In this document: positions 10,094 through 20,237 of the stretch, in pieces
Layout of the letters: each line of letters opens with the position of its first letter
How positions within the stretch are numbered: position 1 is the first letter of the stretch
DNA from: a candidate division FCPU426 bacterium
GTDB lineage: Bacteria; Oederibacteriota; Muellerivitia; Muellerivitales; Muellerivitaceae
Reading direction: 5' to 3'
DNA: 64,000 nt
Assembly (NCBI GenBank): GCA_963719085.1
Contig: CAVRAL010000001.1
Location: 704,001-768,000 of the forward strand
Made by a program: the position numbers and the translations under genes
Notes under the pieces: generated by a model
What the model was told of the DNA's origin: nothing
Seen by the model: only the letters and a program-made list of their open reading frames with translations
Databases searched by the model: none

Positions 10094-11554
10094 GTGGCGA
10101 TGAGCGAAACCAGAGTTGGTTCCTTCGAAGAAGAGAAGACCCGATACCAACTGGATGACGATAAGCCCCACGATCAATGCGGAGTCTTCGCGGTTTTCGG
10201 CCATCCCGAAGCCGCTAAGATCACCTACCTTGGCCTGCACTCGCTTCAGCACCGGGGCCAGGAAAGCGCCGGCATTTGCACCATGCATGACGGCCATCTG
10301 TACAATTACAAACGAATGGGCCTGGTCGCCGATATTTTCCAAGAGAGCGTTTTTAAAGACCTGCCCGGAAAAACCGCCATCGGCCACGTGCGTTATTCCA
10401 CCACCGGTTCCAGCCAAATTCGAAACGCCCAGCCTATCGCGGTGGAGTATGCCCGCGGCAACTTGGCGGTGGCCCATAATGGAAACCTGGTCAACGCCCG
10501 CCGTATCCGCGATGAGCTGGAAGCCCGGGGGTCCATTTTTGTCTCCACCATTGATTCCGAGGTCATCGTCCATCTTTTGGCCCGCTCCACCACCCATACT
10601 TTGATCGAGGGATTGATTGAGTCTTTAAAACAAGTGCGGGGTGCCTATTCACTGGTGGTTTTATCCGATGACGGATTGATCGGCGCCCGGGACCCTTCGG
10701 GCTTCCGGCCGTTGTGTCTGGGCAAATTGGACAACTCCTGGGTTTTGGCCAGCGAGACCTGCGCTTTCGATATTATCGACGCGAAGTATGTCCGGGACGT
10801 GGAACCGGGCGAGATTGTCCTGATTAACGAGAATGGGTTGGTGTCCATCAAGCCCTTCGACAAGGTTCCCGCCTCCATGTGCATCTTTGAGTATATTTAT
10901 TTCGCCCGGCCCGATTCCCGCATTTTCGACACCAGCGTGCAAAAGGTGCGCAAGCGCTTGGGCCATGTGCTGGCCCTGGAAAGCCCCGTTCCCGGGGACG
11001 TGGTGGTGCCGGTTCCGGACTCTTCCAATATGGCCGCCACCGGTTACGCCGAGGAATCAGGCATCCCTTACGAGATGGGACTCATCCGCAATCATTACAT
11101 CGGCCGTACTTTTATTGAGCCCGACCAGGCCATCCGGGATTTTGGCGCTCGCCTCAAGTACAACGCGGTGCGGGAAGCGCTGGAAGGCAAGCGGGTCATC
11201 CTGGTGGACGACTCCATCGTCCGGGGAACCACGATGCGTAAAATCGTTAAGATGATCCGAAACGTGGGGGCCAAAGAAGTGCATCTGCGCATCACGTCGC
11301 CGCCGATCATCTCGCCTTGTTTTTACGGCATGGATTTTCCCAGCCGCAAAGAACTGATCGCCGCGACCCACAGCTTGGAGGAGATCAAGACCTACCTGCG
11401 GGTGGACAGCCTGTCTTATCTTTCAGTGGAAGGCATGATGAAGGCCGTCGAGGGCACGCCTCAAGGCCATTGTGTGGCCTGCTTTACGGGTAAATATCCG
11501 GTTCCGTTCGACGAGGAAACCGAGAAATACAGCCTGGAAGTTGGGAAGTGCTAG
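10094..11554 (+). CDS. purF: Amidophosphoribosyltransferase (propeptide, Fe-S type)
   Basis: Propeptide then CGVF, QHRGQESAG, VDDSIVRGTT, PCFYG and CVAC cysteines. Confidence 0.97.
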   Translation: MAMSETRVGSFEEEKTRYQLDDDKPHDQCGVFAVFGHPEAAKITYLGLHSLQHRGQESAGICTMHDGHLYNYKRMGLVADIFQESVFKDLPGKTAIGHVRYSTTGSSQIRNAQPIAVEYARGNLAVAHNGNLVNARRIRDELEARGSIFVSTIDSEVIVHLLARSTTHTLIEGLIESLKQVRGAYSLVVLSDDGLIGARDPSGFRPLCLGKLDNSWVLASETCAFDIIDAKYVRDVEPGEIVLINENGLVSIKPFDKVPASMCIFEYIYFARPDSRIFDTSVQKVRKRLGHVLALESPVPGDVVVPVPDSSNMAATGYAEESGIPYEMGLIRNHYIGRTFIEPDQAIRDFGARLKYNAVREALEGKRVILVDDSIVRGTTMRKIVKMIRNVGAKEVHLRITSPPIISPCFYGMDFPSRKELIAATHSLEEIKTYLRVDSLSYLSVEGMMKAVEGTPQGHCVACFTGKYPVPFDEETEKYSLEVGKC

Positions 11555-13863
11555 GAGCTGTTCCTCTGGTTTAGCGCTTCGGGGATTTTTTGAATGGATT
11601 TTGACGGATCATTCAAAGCGCTTTTTTCTCCCGCCACTTGATAAATGGTGATGGTCCCGCTGGTTTCCACCGGTTTTAAAACAAAACGCGATTTGAGTTG
11701 GTTGAAGAGGGTTTGTTCCAAATTCAACCTTTCCCCGGGCAGGGCCTGCGGTTCGTCCATGTCGGGTGAGGTATAAATGTAATCCCCGGTTTTCAAGTCG
11801 GGGCGGGTTGACAGGACGCGCTCCCGGACGGGCTTGAGGAAGACGGCTTGGAGGATGTCGTCGTAGGGGTAGGTTTTCGAGCGGCCGTCATACATCGCGA
11901 TTTCGATTCCTTTTTCCCCAAAAAAATAAACCGGAAATTTTTGGTTTCCCGAGTACTTTTCCATTAATCGCTCCGCGTTTTTCGCGAATGCCTGGTCCCG
12001 GGGAAGGTCCCGGCCAGCCATCAGGAACTGATCAACCATCCGCGGGGGGGACATTCGCCGGCATTGCGAATCCAAAAGATCCTGGGTGGTGGAGATGATG
12101 GGTTGGACGGCGTACAAGGACAGACCTAGGAATAAAACCAGCCAGGCGTTTTGGACGAATTTGGGGACCTGCGGGAAGTCCTTCGCCCGCAAGGCATAAA
12201 GCCAATAAAGCGATAAAAAAATCTCGGGCATCAACACGGGATAAAGATTGGTGCGTATGGAGCGGCCGAAATAATAGAACAATTGAAAGATGCCGTAAAA
12301 AGCCGCCAAGACGAGGACGCTTTTGTGGGGCATCTTTTTTTCCCCGGGAATGAGGAGCCAAAAAAGCGAGAAGTAGAGGATGCCGACGACGATCCACCAA
12401 GGCCCCAGAAGCGGGGTGTCGATCATGCCAAAACCTTGACCATACATTTGAACGTAATCGAAATAATATTCCCAGTGCGGAAGTTGGCCCGCCCGGAGCC
12501 AAGTGAAGAGGTAAATAAAACCCGCCAGCAGGGCGATTCCCAGGGCCGCCGGGACGAGGCGGGTCAAAAATTTTTTAATCGACTCCGCCGTCAAGGGTTC
12601 GGGAAAAAGAGTCTCGTAGGCTACGAAGGCTAGGTAGGGCGGGACAGTGTAAAAACAGACCTCGAAACTCCAAAAAAAAGCCACGGCAACCGTAAAAGCC
12701 TCCAGCCAAATAATTTGAGCGGCCTTTAAGGGATAACGGCTCCGTAAAAGGACGAGCGCGGTCAACCCATAGATAAAACCGAACCGCAGGGCGCCTTGGG
12801 ATGGATACCAAAGCGGGTTGGGGATCTGGTCGCAATTGAGCAGGATCAACGCGACGGTGCCAAGCAGGGGATAAAGGATGGAGCTGAATAATTGGCGGGC
12901 GATCCAAAAGAAAATGACATATTGGGCAAGCCATAGAATGGCGTTCAAAAAATAAAAAGAATGGAATCCCAGGGGCAATAAGCCGGGGAAAATCAGCCTC
13001 AGAAAAAAATAAAGAAAAACGCCGTATTGGGCATTGATGTCCACCAGCATGGTTTTTCCGTTGATGAAATCGGCCAGGGGGCCGATAAAGAAACGATCGT
13101 TGCCGATGTCATATCCGCAAGAAGGGTCGATGAAAAGGAACGCGAAGAGAAGGGCGGCCAGCGAGTAGAGGATGAGGTTTCCGATCCAAGAGTTCACTTT
13201 CAAATGAAGGCGGGGAAGTTTCGGGTTCAGGTCGATGAGAAAGGCGTAGGCCAAGGCGGCGGCGAAAAGAATGTTGCAAAAGCGCCAGGGCAAGAGGCGC
13301 GTTTTCCAACCGGGGACGAGTTGGGTGAGCCAAGATAAAAACAGGACGGCCATGGCAAGATAAATGGCGGCGGATAAAGTTTCCCGTCGAAGCGGCGCGA
13401 AACGTCCGCTCCACGCGGCAACGGCCCAACTGAGGGCTTGGGTCATGAGATAAAGGGCGATCCATGTGATAAGCGGCCAGGGAGCGGGGGTTTGAACATC
13501 CCAATAGGCGGCTAAAACCAGGATAAAATTGAAAAAAACAAAGCTTCGGCGATAAAGAAGCGGAGAAGTGGTTGGGGTGCGAAAACGCTCGATCAGCCGG
13601 GTGATCGCCATGCCGATGAGGGGAAGGCAAACCCAGCTCAACAAATAAAGCTCGTATTGAGGGGTTTTGTTGTCGGGCTTCAGCTGGACGAGAGTAAGCC
13701 AAATTCTTGAAACAAACAGCAAGACCATCAGGCCGTGAAAGGCGCTGGAAAAGCAAAACTCAAGGCTTGAGCCGGGCGCCGGAGAGGAGCTGGTTTTAGC
13801 GCGGGAGGATTGGTTTTTATTTTGGGGTTGGGTGGTTTTAATTTGACGCACGATGTTTTTCAT
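11551..13863 (-). CDS. Large polytopic membrane protein, putative GT-C-fold glycosyltransferase (paralog 1)
   Basis: Many TM segments plus soluble C-terminal domain; shares long motifs with 13995-16295; adjacent to GT2 operon. Function inferred. Confidence 0.6.
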   Translation of the reverse strand: MKNIVRQIKTTQPQNKNQSSRAKTSSSPAPGSSLEFCFSSAFHGLMVLLFVSRIWLTLVQLKPDNKTPQYELYLLSWVCLPLIGMAITRLIERFRTPTTSPLLYRRSFVFFNFILVLAAYWDVQTPAPWPLITWIALYLMTQALSWAVAAWSGRFAPLRRETLSAAIYLAMAVLFLSWLTQLVPGWKTRLLPWRFCNILFAAALAYAFLIDLNPKLPRLHLKVNSWIGNLILYSLAALLFAFLFIDPSCGYDIGNDRFFIGPLADFINGKTMLVDINAQYGVFLYFFLRLIFPGLLPLGFHSFYFLNAILWLAQYVIFFWIARQLFSSILYPLLGTVALILLNCDQIPNPLWYPSQGALRFGFIYGLTALVLLRSRYPLKAAQIIWLEAFTVAVAFFWSFEVCFYTVPPYLAFVAYETLFPEPLTAESIKKFLTRLVPAALGIALLAGFIYLFTWLRAGQLPHWEYYFDYVQMYGQGFGMIDTPLLGPWWIVVGILYFSLFWLLIPGEKKMPHKSVLVLAAFYGIFQLFYYFGRSIRTNLYPVLMPEIFLSLYWLYALRAKDFPQVPKFVQNAWLVLFLGLSLYAVQPIISTTQDLLDSQCRRMSPPRMVDQFLMAGRDLPRDQAFAKNAERLMEKYSGNQKFPVYFFGEKGIEIAMYDGRSKTYPYDDILQAVFLKPVRERVLSTRPDLKTGDYIYTSPDMDEPQALPGERLNLEQTLFNQLKSRFVLKPVETSGTITIYQVAGEKSALNDPSKSIQKIPEALNQRNSS

Positions 13864-13994
13864 TTTGTGGATGGGGAACCTGGCTCACAAGTACTAAAGA
13901 CGGCCCCAGGTGCCGTTCAAAATAGTACACGATTCATCCGGCCTCTTATAGTTGTTTTGAAACGTCGAAACCCCCAAAAAGCGCCTTCTCCGGT

Positions 13995-16295
13995 TTAGAG
14001 TTTAAAGGCGCTTCCCACAGGGGCTTCCTTTGGCGAGGCGGCAGGGGTGCCTTTTTCGCCCAGCACCTTATAAACCGTGATGGTGCCGCTGGTTTCCACC
14101 GGTTTTAAAACATAACGCGCGTTCAATTGATTGAATAGAGTCTCCTCCAGATGCAGGTTCGTTCCCAGAATGAGGTTTCCATCGGCCATGTCCGGGGAGG
14201 TATAAACACAGTCGCCGGGTTTTAGGACCGGCTGGGTGGCCAGTATTCGGTAGACCGCCGGCGTGCTGAAAACGGCTTGATCGATGTCATCATAGGGGTA
14301 GGCCTTGGAGCGGTGGTCAAACAGGGCCACATCGATCCCCTTGTAGCCGAAAAGATAAACCGGGTATTTGTGGTTTTCCGAGTATTTTTCCATCAATTGC
14401 TCCGCGTTTTTCGCGAATTCATCTTTGCGCGGGACGTCCCGGCTTGCCATCAAAAAATCCCAAGCCATTTGCGGAAACGACATTTGTTGGCGCTCCCAAT
14501 CCAGGTGAGTTTGCGCGATGGAGACGATCGGTTGGACGCAAAAAATTAAAAGCGCCATGAGCGATCCGAGCAGGACGACTTTCACGGCCTTGGCCGCTCC
14601 CTGGGCCGGCGTGACGCGCAGGGAATAAAGCCAGAAAAGAGTCAGCAGGGTGGAAGGCATCACGAGCGGAAAGATGTTCGTGGGCGCGGAACGGCCGAAG
14701 TAATAAAAAATTTGGAAAATGCCGTAAAAAGCCACCAGCGCCAAGACGTTCAAATGAGCCCGGGTTTTCTCGTCCGGCGATCCGCGAAAGGCGAAAATCA
14801 GGAAAAAGGAGAAATAGAGGATCCCGACGATGATCCACCAAGTCCCAAAGATGGGGGTCGCGATCATATCGTAGCCGTATCGGTACATGAAGACGTAATT
14901 GAAATAATATTCCCAATGGGGAAATTGTCCGGATCTTATCCAGGTGTCCAGGGTGATATAAGCGTAGATTAATGCGATGCCGGCCCCGACCATCCCAGCG
15001 CGCTTGAAAAAAAGCGGGAAGTCAAAACGGAAAGGCCGTCTTTCCGACAAGGACTCATAAATCATAAAGAGTCCATAGGCCGGAACCGTGTAAAAACAAA
15101 CCTCGAAACTCCAGAAAAAAGCCGTGGCCGCCGTCAAGGACTCGGCCCATAGGATCATGTTTTTTTTCTCCGGGAAGCGGTTGCGAAGGAGCACCCAAGC
15201 AGCCAGGAGATAGATGAAGCCGAACCGCAAAGCCCCTTGCGAAGGATACCAAAGCGGGCAGGGTCCCGGCACCAGCAGGCAATTGAGCAGGATGAGCACG
15301 AGCATGGACATAAAGGCGTAACTGGCCGAACGGAACAGATGCCGGGCGATAAAAAAGAACACCAGGTACTGGAGAAGGCGCAAGGTGCCGTCCAAAAAGA
15401 AAAAACTGGTTAGTCCCGTCGGCAGGACCGTGGAAAAAACGAGCTTGAGAAAATAATAGAGAAAAACGCCGTACTGGGCGTTGATGTCCACCAACAGGGA
15501 TTTTCCGTTGACGAAATCCGCCACGGGCCCCATGTAAAAGGTCAGGTTGCGGGTATCATAGGTGCAATAGGGGTCGAGGAACATGAAAGCGGCGATTGAC
15601 CCGACCAATAGGTACACCACAAAATTCTGGAGCCGCGTGACGGGGATCAATCCCCGAATCGGCCTTTTAAAATCAATCCCGAAGACAAAGGCGAAAACCA
15701 CCGTCGCGGCGAAAAAATAATTATAAGAGTGCCAAGGAACGATCAAGCTCCGCCAGTCGGGGATCAACACCATGAGCCAAGCCTCGAAAAGCACCGCCAT
15801 GGGAAGATAAAGGAGTACGGAATTTTTTCGGAATCCCCCGGGGAAAAGGCGGGCCGTTGCCGCGGTGATCCCGTAAGCGGCGGCTTGAGCCGTGGCGAAT
15901 AGGCCGATCCAAACCGGCCCGGACCAAGGGTGTTCGCTTTGGACGTCCCAATAGGCCCAAAGCGCCAGGCTGAAGTTTAAAAAGAGCGGGACCCGCAGAT
16001 AAGGGAGGGGCGCGAACCGGGGCCGGTACAAAAGGTCGGTGAGAGCAGCCAGTCCCAGCCCGGTGAAGGGGACCCAGACCCAGGCCAAAAGATAAACACG
16101 GTATTGGAGGCCTTTGTTCAGGATGACCTGGGGATCGAATTGATAGAAACCGAAAAAAATCTTTAAGGCCATTAACCCGAAAAGCGCGCTTAATAAGGGG
16201 AACTCAAATTTAGGGCCCGATTCGTCGGGCGGGGCGGAAGCGGCCTTCATCGGACGGTTTTTGTTTTTCTTGGGGATTATTTTTTTTTGAGGCAA
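13995..16295 (-). CDS. Large polytopic membrane protein, putative GT-C-fold glycosyltransferase (paralog 2)
   Basis: GGAGG RBS + TTG; same architecture and motifs (DINAQYGVFLY, PLWYPSQGALRFGFIY, FFWSFEVCFYTVP) as paralog 1. Confidence 0.6.
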   Translation of the reverse strand: MPQKKIIPKKNKNRPMKAASAPPDESGPKFEFPLLSALFGLMALKIFFGFYQFDPQVILNKGLQYRVYLLAWVWVPFTGLGLAALTDLLYRPRFAPLPYLRVPLFLNFSLALWAYWDVQSEHPWSGPVWIGLFATAQAAAYGITAATARLFPGGFRKNSVLLYLPMAVLFEAWLMVLIPDWRSLIVPWHSYNYFFAATVVFAFVFGIDFKRPIRGLIPVTRLQNFVVYLLVGSIAAFMFLDPYCTYDTRNLTFYMGPVADFVNGKSLLVDINAQYGVFLYYFLKLVFSTVLPTGLTSFFFLDGTLRLLQYLVFFFIARHLFRSASYAFMSMLVLILLNCLLVPGPCPLWYPSQGALRFGFIYLLAAWVLLRNRFPEKKNMILWAESLTAATAFFWSFEVCFYTVPAYGLFMIYESLSERRPFRFDFPLFFKRAGMVGAGIALIYAYITLDTWIRSGQFPHWEYYFNYVFMYRYGYDMIATPIFGTWWIIVGILYFSFFLIFAFRGSPDEKTRAHLNVLALVAFYGIFQIFYYFGRSAPTNIFPLVMPSTLLTLFWLYSLRVTPAQGAAKAVKVVLLGSLMALLIFCVQPIVSIAQTHLDWERQQMSFPQMAWDFLMASRDVPRKDEFAKNAEQLMEKYSENHKYPVYLFGYKGIDVALFDHRSKAYPYDDIDQAVFSTPAVYRILATQPVLKPGDCVYTSPDMADGNLILGTNLHLEETLFNQLNARYVLKPVETSGTITVYKVLGEKGTPAASPKEAPVGSAFKL

Positions 16296-16546
16296 GAGAA
16301 ATTCCTCCCTGTCGGTTGAAAATTGTCCGCTGTCTTAAATTTAAAACGTGATCAAAGAGTGCCGCCCACGGGCGGTGCCCCGTGAAATGGCCCGTGATTC
16401 GCTATTATAAAAGTGGCTTATATCCTGATTTTATTCCCCGCAAAATCAAAAGCGGCGCGATGGAAGCCAATGTTTTTCTCGCTTGCGGTCGGCCGGTTGG
16501 AACCTTTACCATGGTTTCGGTTCATTTCAGCCTCACCGGAGCCGCC

Positions 16547-17356
16547 TTGGATTCCTTCACCCAGATACGCCTTCAAGCCAAAAAACGGCTGCTCCAAATG
16601 CACTTTGAGAGCGGAGTGGGACACATCGGCGGCAACCTCTCCTGCCTGGACTCATTGTTGGTACTTTACCATCAGGTTCTTCAAAAAGACGATCTCTTTA
16701 TTTTGTCCAAGGGCCATTCGGCGGGCGCCTTGTATGTGGCGCTTTGGACCAAGGGCCGTTTGAAGGACGAGGATTTAAAACGGTTCCATGGCGAAAATAC
16801 CCTCATCAGCGGACATCCGGCCCCCAAATGGAGCGAAGATATTCTTTTCGCCACCGGCAGCTTGGGCCATGGCTTTTCCCTGGCCGCGGGAGTGGTCTTG
16901 GCCAAGAAACTCAAAAAAGAACCGGGCCGCGTTTTTTGCCTCATGTCGGACGGGGAATGGCAGGAAGGCTCCAACTGGGAAGCGCTCATTTTTTCCGTCA
17001 AAAAAGAACTTTATCCGCTGACCCTCATTATTGATTGGAACGGGCTTCAAGGATTTGGAAGCACGAAAGATATCGGGGGACTGGAACCTTTTTCGGAAAA
17101 GCTCCGGGTTTTGGGGATGCCGGTGGAAGAAGTCGACGGGCATGATCCGGCGGCCCTTGAGAAAGCCCTGAACCGGCCTTACCCGGGTCTTCGGGCGATC
17201 ATTACCTATACGCATAAAGGCAACGGCGTTTCCTTTATGGAAGATAAAATGGAATGGCACTACAAACCGCTGACCGAACCGCTTTACCGGCAAGCGCTGG
17301 AAGAAATTGACAAGGCCGCCCAGGGATTAAACCCCCGGCCGGGGCTCGTGCCATGA
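16547..17356 (+). CDS. Transketolase N-terminal (TPP-binding) subunit
   Basis: GHIGG.LS, SKGH, TGSLGHG, SDGE..EG...N TPP motif; TTG after GGAG chosen (ORF track start 16382). Confidence 0.9.
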   Translation: MDSFTQIRLQAKKRLLQMHFESGVGHIGGNLSCLDSLLVLYHQVLQKDDLFILSKGHSAGALYVALWTKGRLKDEDLKRFHGENTLISGHPAPKWSEDILFATGSLGHGFSLAAGVVLAKKLKKEPGRVFCLMSDGEWQEGSNWEALIFSVKKELYPLTLIIDWNGLQGFGSTKDIGGLEPFSEKLRVLGMPVEEVDGHDPAALEKALNRPYPGLRAIITYTHKGNGVSFMEDKMEWHYKPLTEPLYRQALEEIDKAAQGLNPRPGLVP

Positions 17357-18258
17357 GAATCGAACTTTGCGACGCGCTGGTGCGCCACTGCCTCGACCCG
17401 AAATTTGTTTTTTTAACCGGGGATTTGGGGTTCATGGCGCTGGAACCCTTGCGTGACAAGGCGGGCGATCGGTTCATCAACGCCGGAGTCGCCGAACAAA
17501 ACATGGTGGGAGTGGCGGCCGGGCTCGCCAGCCAGGGACTCAGTCCCTGGGCCTATAGTATCGCGCCTTTCCTATACGCCCGCCCTTTTGAGCAAATCCG
17601 CAACGATGTTTGCTTGCACGACCTGCCCGTCAAATTCATCGGCAACGGGGGCGGCTACGCTTACGGCGTCATGGGCGCGACCCATCACGCGCTGGAGGAC
17701 TACGGCGTCTTGTTGACCCTTCAAAATATGCGAGTCTTTGTTCCGGCCTTTGGCGCGGACGTACCGGTCATGGTGGAGAAGCTGATGACTTTTTCCCATC
17801 CGGCTTACTTGCGCTTGGGCCGGGACGAAAAACCAAAAGAGTTGGAGCCGCCTCCCTATGCCGCTTGGCGAAAAGTGAGCGAAGGATCCGGCGCGACGCT
17901 GTTGGCGGTGGGGCCCATGGCCGGGGTTTTGTGGACGGCGATTTTAGGCCTGAGCGATGAAACCGCCCGGCCGAACCTTTGGGTTCTTACCGAGTTGCCG
18001 GTGGCCCCGGACGAGATGCCCAAACCATTTCTGAAAGATATTGAGCAGTCGGGCCATTTGGCCGTGGTGGAAGAGCATGTGTCCCATGGGGGCGTCGGGG
18101 AAATGATGGCCCGAAACCTGCTCCTCAAGGGGTTGGCCCCGAAGAAGTTCAGCCATTTTCATGCCCGGGGTTATCTTTCCGGTTATTATGGATCGCAGGT
18201 TTTTCATCGTAAGGAAAGTGGTTTGGCGGCGGCCGACATCTTGAAAGTATTGGGATGA
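17353..18258 (+). CDS. Transketolase C-terminal (pyrimidine-binding) subunit
   Basis: GVAEQNMVGVAAG, RPFEQIRND, GATHHALED, VEEH...GG. Confidence 0.9.
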   Translation: MRIELCDALVRHCLDPKFVFLTGDLGFMALEPLRDKAGDRFINAGVAEQNMVGVAAGLASQGLSPWAYSIAPFLYARPFEQIRNDVCLHDLPVKFIGNGGGYAYGVMGATHHALEDYGVLLTLQNMRVFVPAFGADVPVMVEKLMTFSHPAYLRLGRDEKPKELEPPPYAAWRKVSEGSGATLLAVGPMAGVLWTAILGLSDETARPNLWVLTELPVAPDEMPKPFLKDIEQSGHLAVVEEHVSHGGVGEMMARNLLLKGLAPKKFSHFHARGYLSGYYGSQVFHRKESGLAAADILKVLG

Positions 18259-20237
18259 CCATGCAACTCGAGGAAAAAATTAAACGCTTGCGGGGGCCCC
18301 TCGTGGTCCTGGGCGCCAGCGGTTTTGTGGGCGCCAACCTGCTGAAGCTTCTTTTGCGCTACCGCGAGGATGTTTACGGAACGGTTTTCCATACCCCGGC
18401 CTGGCGCCTGGAAGACGTGCCCCTGAAAAATGTCATTCAATCCGATCTCTTGGTGGACTCGAACCTGGAGCGACTTTTCACGACCTTGGAGCCCAAGACG
18501 ATCTTCAATTGCGTGGCTTACGGCGCCTATTCCTTTGAGACCCGCAGCGAGTGGATTTACCAAACCAATTTCAACCTGACCGCTAAAATCCTGCACCGCT
18601 TAAGTTCCACCGACCTGGCCTGCTATGTCCACTCCGGGAGTTCTTCCGAGTACGGGGACAAGGCTTCGGCTCCGCGGGAGGACGCGCTTCCCGAACCCAA
18701 CAGCGATTACGCGGTTTCCAAAGTGGCGTCGGCCAACCTGATTCATTTTTTCGGAAAAAAGAAACTACTGCCTTGCGCCAATCTGCGCCTTTACGCCATC
18801 TATGGCCCTTTAGAGGATTCGGCCCGCTTGATTCCCAACTTGGTGAAGCGGGGTTTGGAAGGGAAATATCCGGAGTTCGTGAATCCGGAGATATCGCGGG
18901 ATTTTGTTTATGTGGATGACGCCAGTGAGGCCTTCATCGACACGGCTTTGAATTTAAAGCCCGCCGATTATGGGGAGTCGTTCAATATTGGAAGCGGAAA
19001 AAAAACCACCATCCGGGAAGTGGCGAAAACCGCCGGGGAGCTTTTTGGGATTACCGAAAAACCCGCTTTTGAAAGCCTGCCGGACCGCAAATGGGACGTG
19101 ATGGATTGGTACGCCGATCCCAAGAAGGCCAAGGACCGGTTGGGCTGGGAAACCAAGGTTTCGTTCAAAGACGGCCTGCGCAAAAGCAAAGAATGGTATG
19201 AGGGCCTGCCGGACAAAGAAAAGTACAGGCTGTCCTCCAAACAGTTCGGCTTGGACGCCAAACACAGCATTTCGGCGATCGTGGCTTGTTATAAAGATGT
19301 CCAGGCCATTCCCATCATGCACCAAAGGCTCAAAGCCGTGTTTGAGAAGCTTCAGGTGGATTACGAGATTATTTTCGTCAATGACAACAGCCCGGATGAC
19401 AGTGAGGCGGTAATCGCTGAGATTTCCCGCCAGGACCGCCGGGTCACGGGAATCTCCCATTCGCGTAATTTTGGGTCCCAGTCCGCCTTCCGCAGCGGGA
19501 TGGAAATCGCCGCTAAAAACGCCTGTGTGCTTCTGGACGGCGATCTGCAGGACCCGCCGGAACTCATCGAGAAGTTCGTGGAAAAATGGAAGGAAGGTTA
19601 CGATGTTATTTTCGGCCGCCGGGTGAAGCGGCAAGCCTCTTTAATGATGCAGATCGCCTACAAGTCTTTTTACTGGGTTTTCAACAAGTTTTCCTATCTT
19701 CCCATCCCCCGGGACGCCGGTGATTTTTCGCTGATCGACCGCCGGGCGGTGGAGGCCATTCTCCAGTTTCCCGAGCGTGATTTTTTCTTAAGAGGCGTCC
19801 GGGCCTATGTGGGTTTTAAACAAGTGGGGGTGGACTACGCCAGGCCTGAAAGACTGTTCGGCGTGACCACGAATAATTTCTTTAAAAATGTTGAGTGGGC
19901 CAAAAAGGGAATTTTGTCCTTCAGTTACACGCCCCTGAGTGTTTTAAGCACCTGCGGCGTCCTGCTTTTTGGGCTTACGATTCTTTTAGGTTTGGCCCAA
20001 CTGGTGATGCGGTTACTTTTTCCCGACGCGGCCCCCAAGGGCATCACCAGCATTCTTTTGGCGGTCCTCTTTTTTGGCTCCGTTAATCTTTTTGCCTTGG
20101 CCGTGGTGGGCGAATATATCGCTAAAATCTTTGAGGAAGTCAAACAACGGCCTCATTTCGTGCGCCGGGCCATGATCAAAAACGGGGAAGTCCGGGCGGT
20201 TTCCACGGACCGGTCGGGCAAGGACCGCTCCTCGTGA
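18255..20237 (+). CDS. Fusion: NAD-dependent epimerase/dehydratase + GT2 polyprenyl-phosphate glycosyltransferase (GtrB/ArnC-like)
   Basis: N-half GASGFVG, YAVSK; C-half NDNSPD, SRNFG, DGDLQDPP, GDFSL, two TM helices, GEYIAKIFEEVKQRP. Confidence 0.88.
   Translation: MTMQLEEKIKRLRGPLVVLGASGFVGANLLKLLLRYREDVYGTVFHTPAWRLEDVPLKNVIQSDLLVDSNLERLFTTLEPKTIFNCVAYGAYSFETRSEWIYQTNFNLTAKILHRLSSTDLACYVHSGSSSEYGDKASAPREDALPEPNSDYAVSKVASANLIHFFGKKKLLPCANLRLYAIYGPLEDSARLIPNLVKRGLEGKYPEFVNPEISRDFVYVDDASEAFIDTALNLKPADYGESFNIGSGKKTTIREVAKTAGELFGITEKPAFESLPDRKWDVMDWYADPKKAKDRLGWETKVSFKDGLRKSKEWYEGLPDKEKYRLSSKQFGLDAKHSISAIVACYKDVQAIPIMHQRLKAVFEKLQVDYEIIFVNDNSPDDSEAVIAEISRQDRRVTGISHSRNFGSQSAFRSGMEIAAKNACVLLDGDLQDPPELIEKFVEKWKEGYDVIFGRRVKRQASLMMQIAYKSFYWVFNKFSYLPIPRDAGDFSLIDRRAVEAILQFPERDFFLRGVRAYVGFKQVGVDYARPERLFGVTTNNFFKNVEWAKKGILSFSYTPLSVLSTCGVLLFGLTILLGLAQLVMRLLFPDAAPKGITSILLAVLFFGSVNLFALAVVGEYIAKIFEEVKQRPHFVRRAMIKNGEVRAVSTDRSGKDRSS

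Noticed and set aside
11551..11554. Overlapping convergent stops (CTAG) of purF and membrane protein 1 as antisense regulation
   Set aside because: Common in compact genomes; no further evidence
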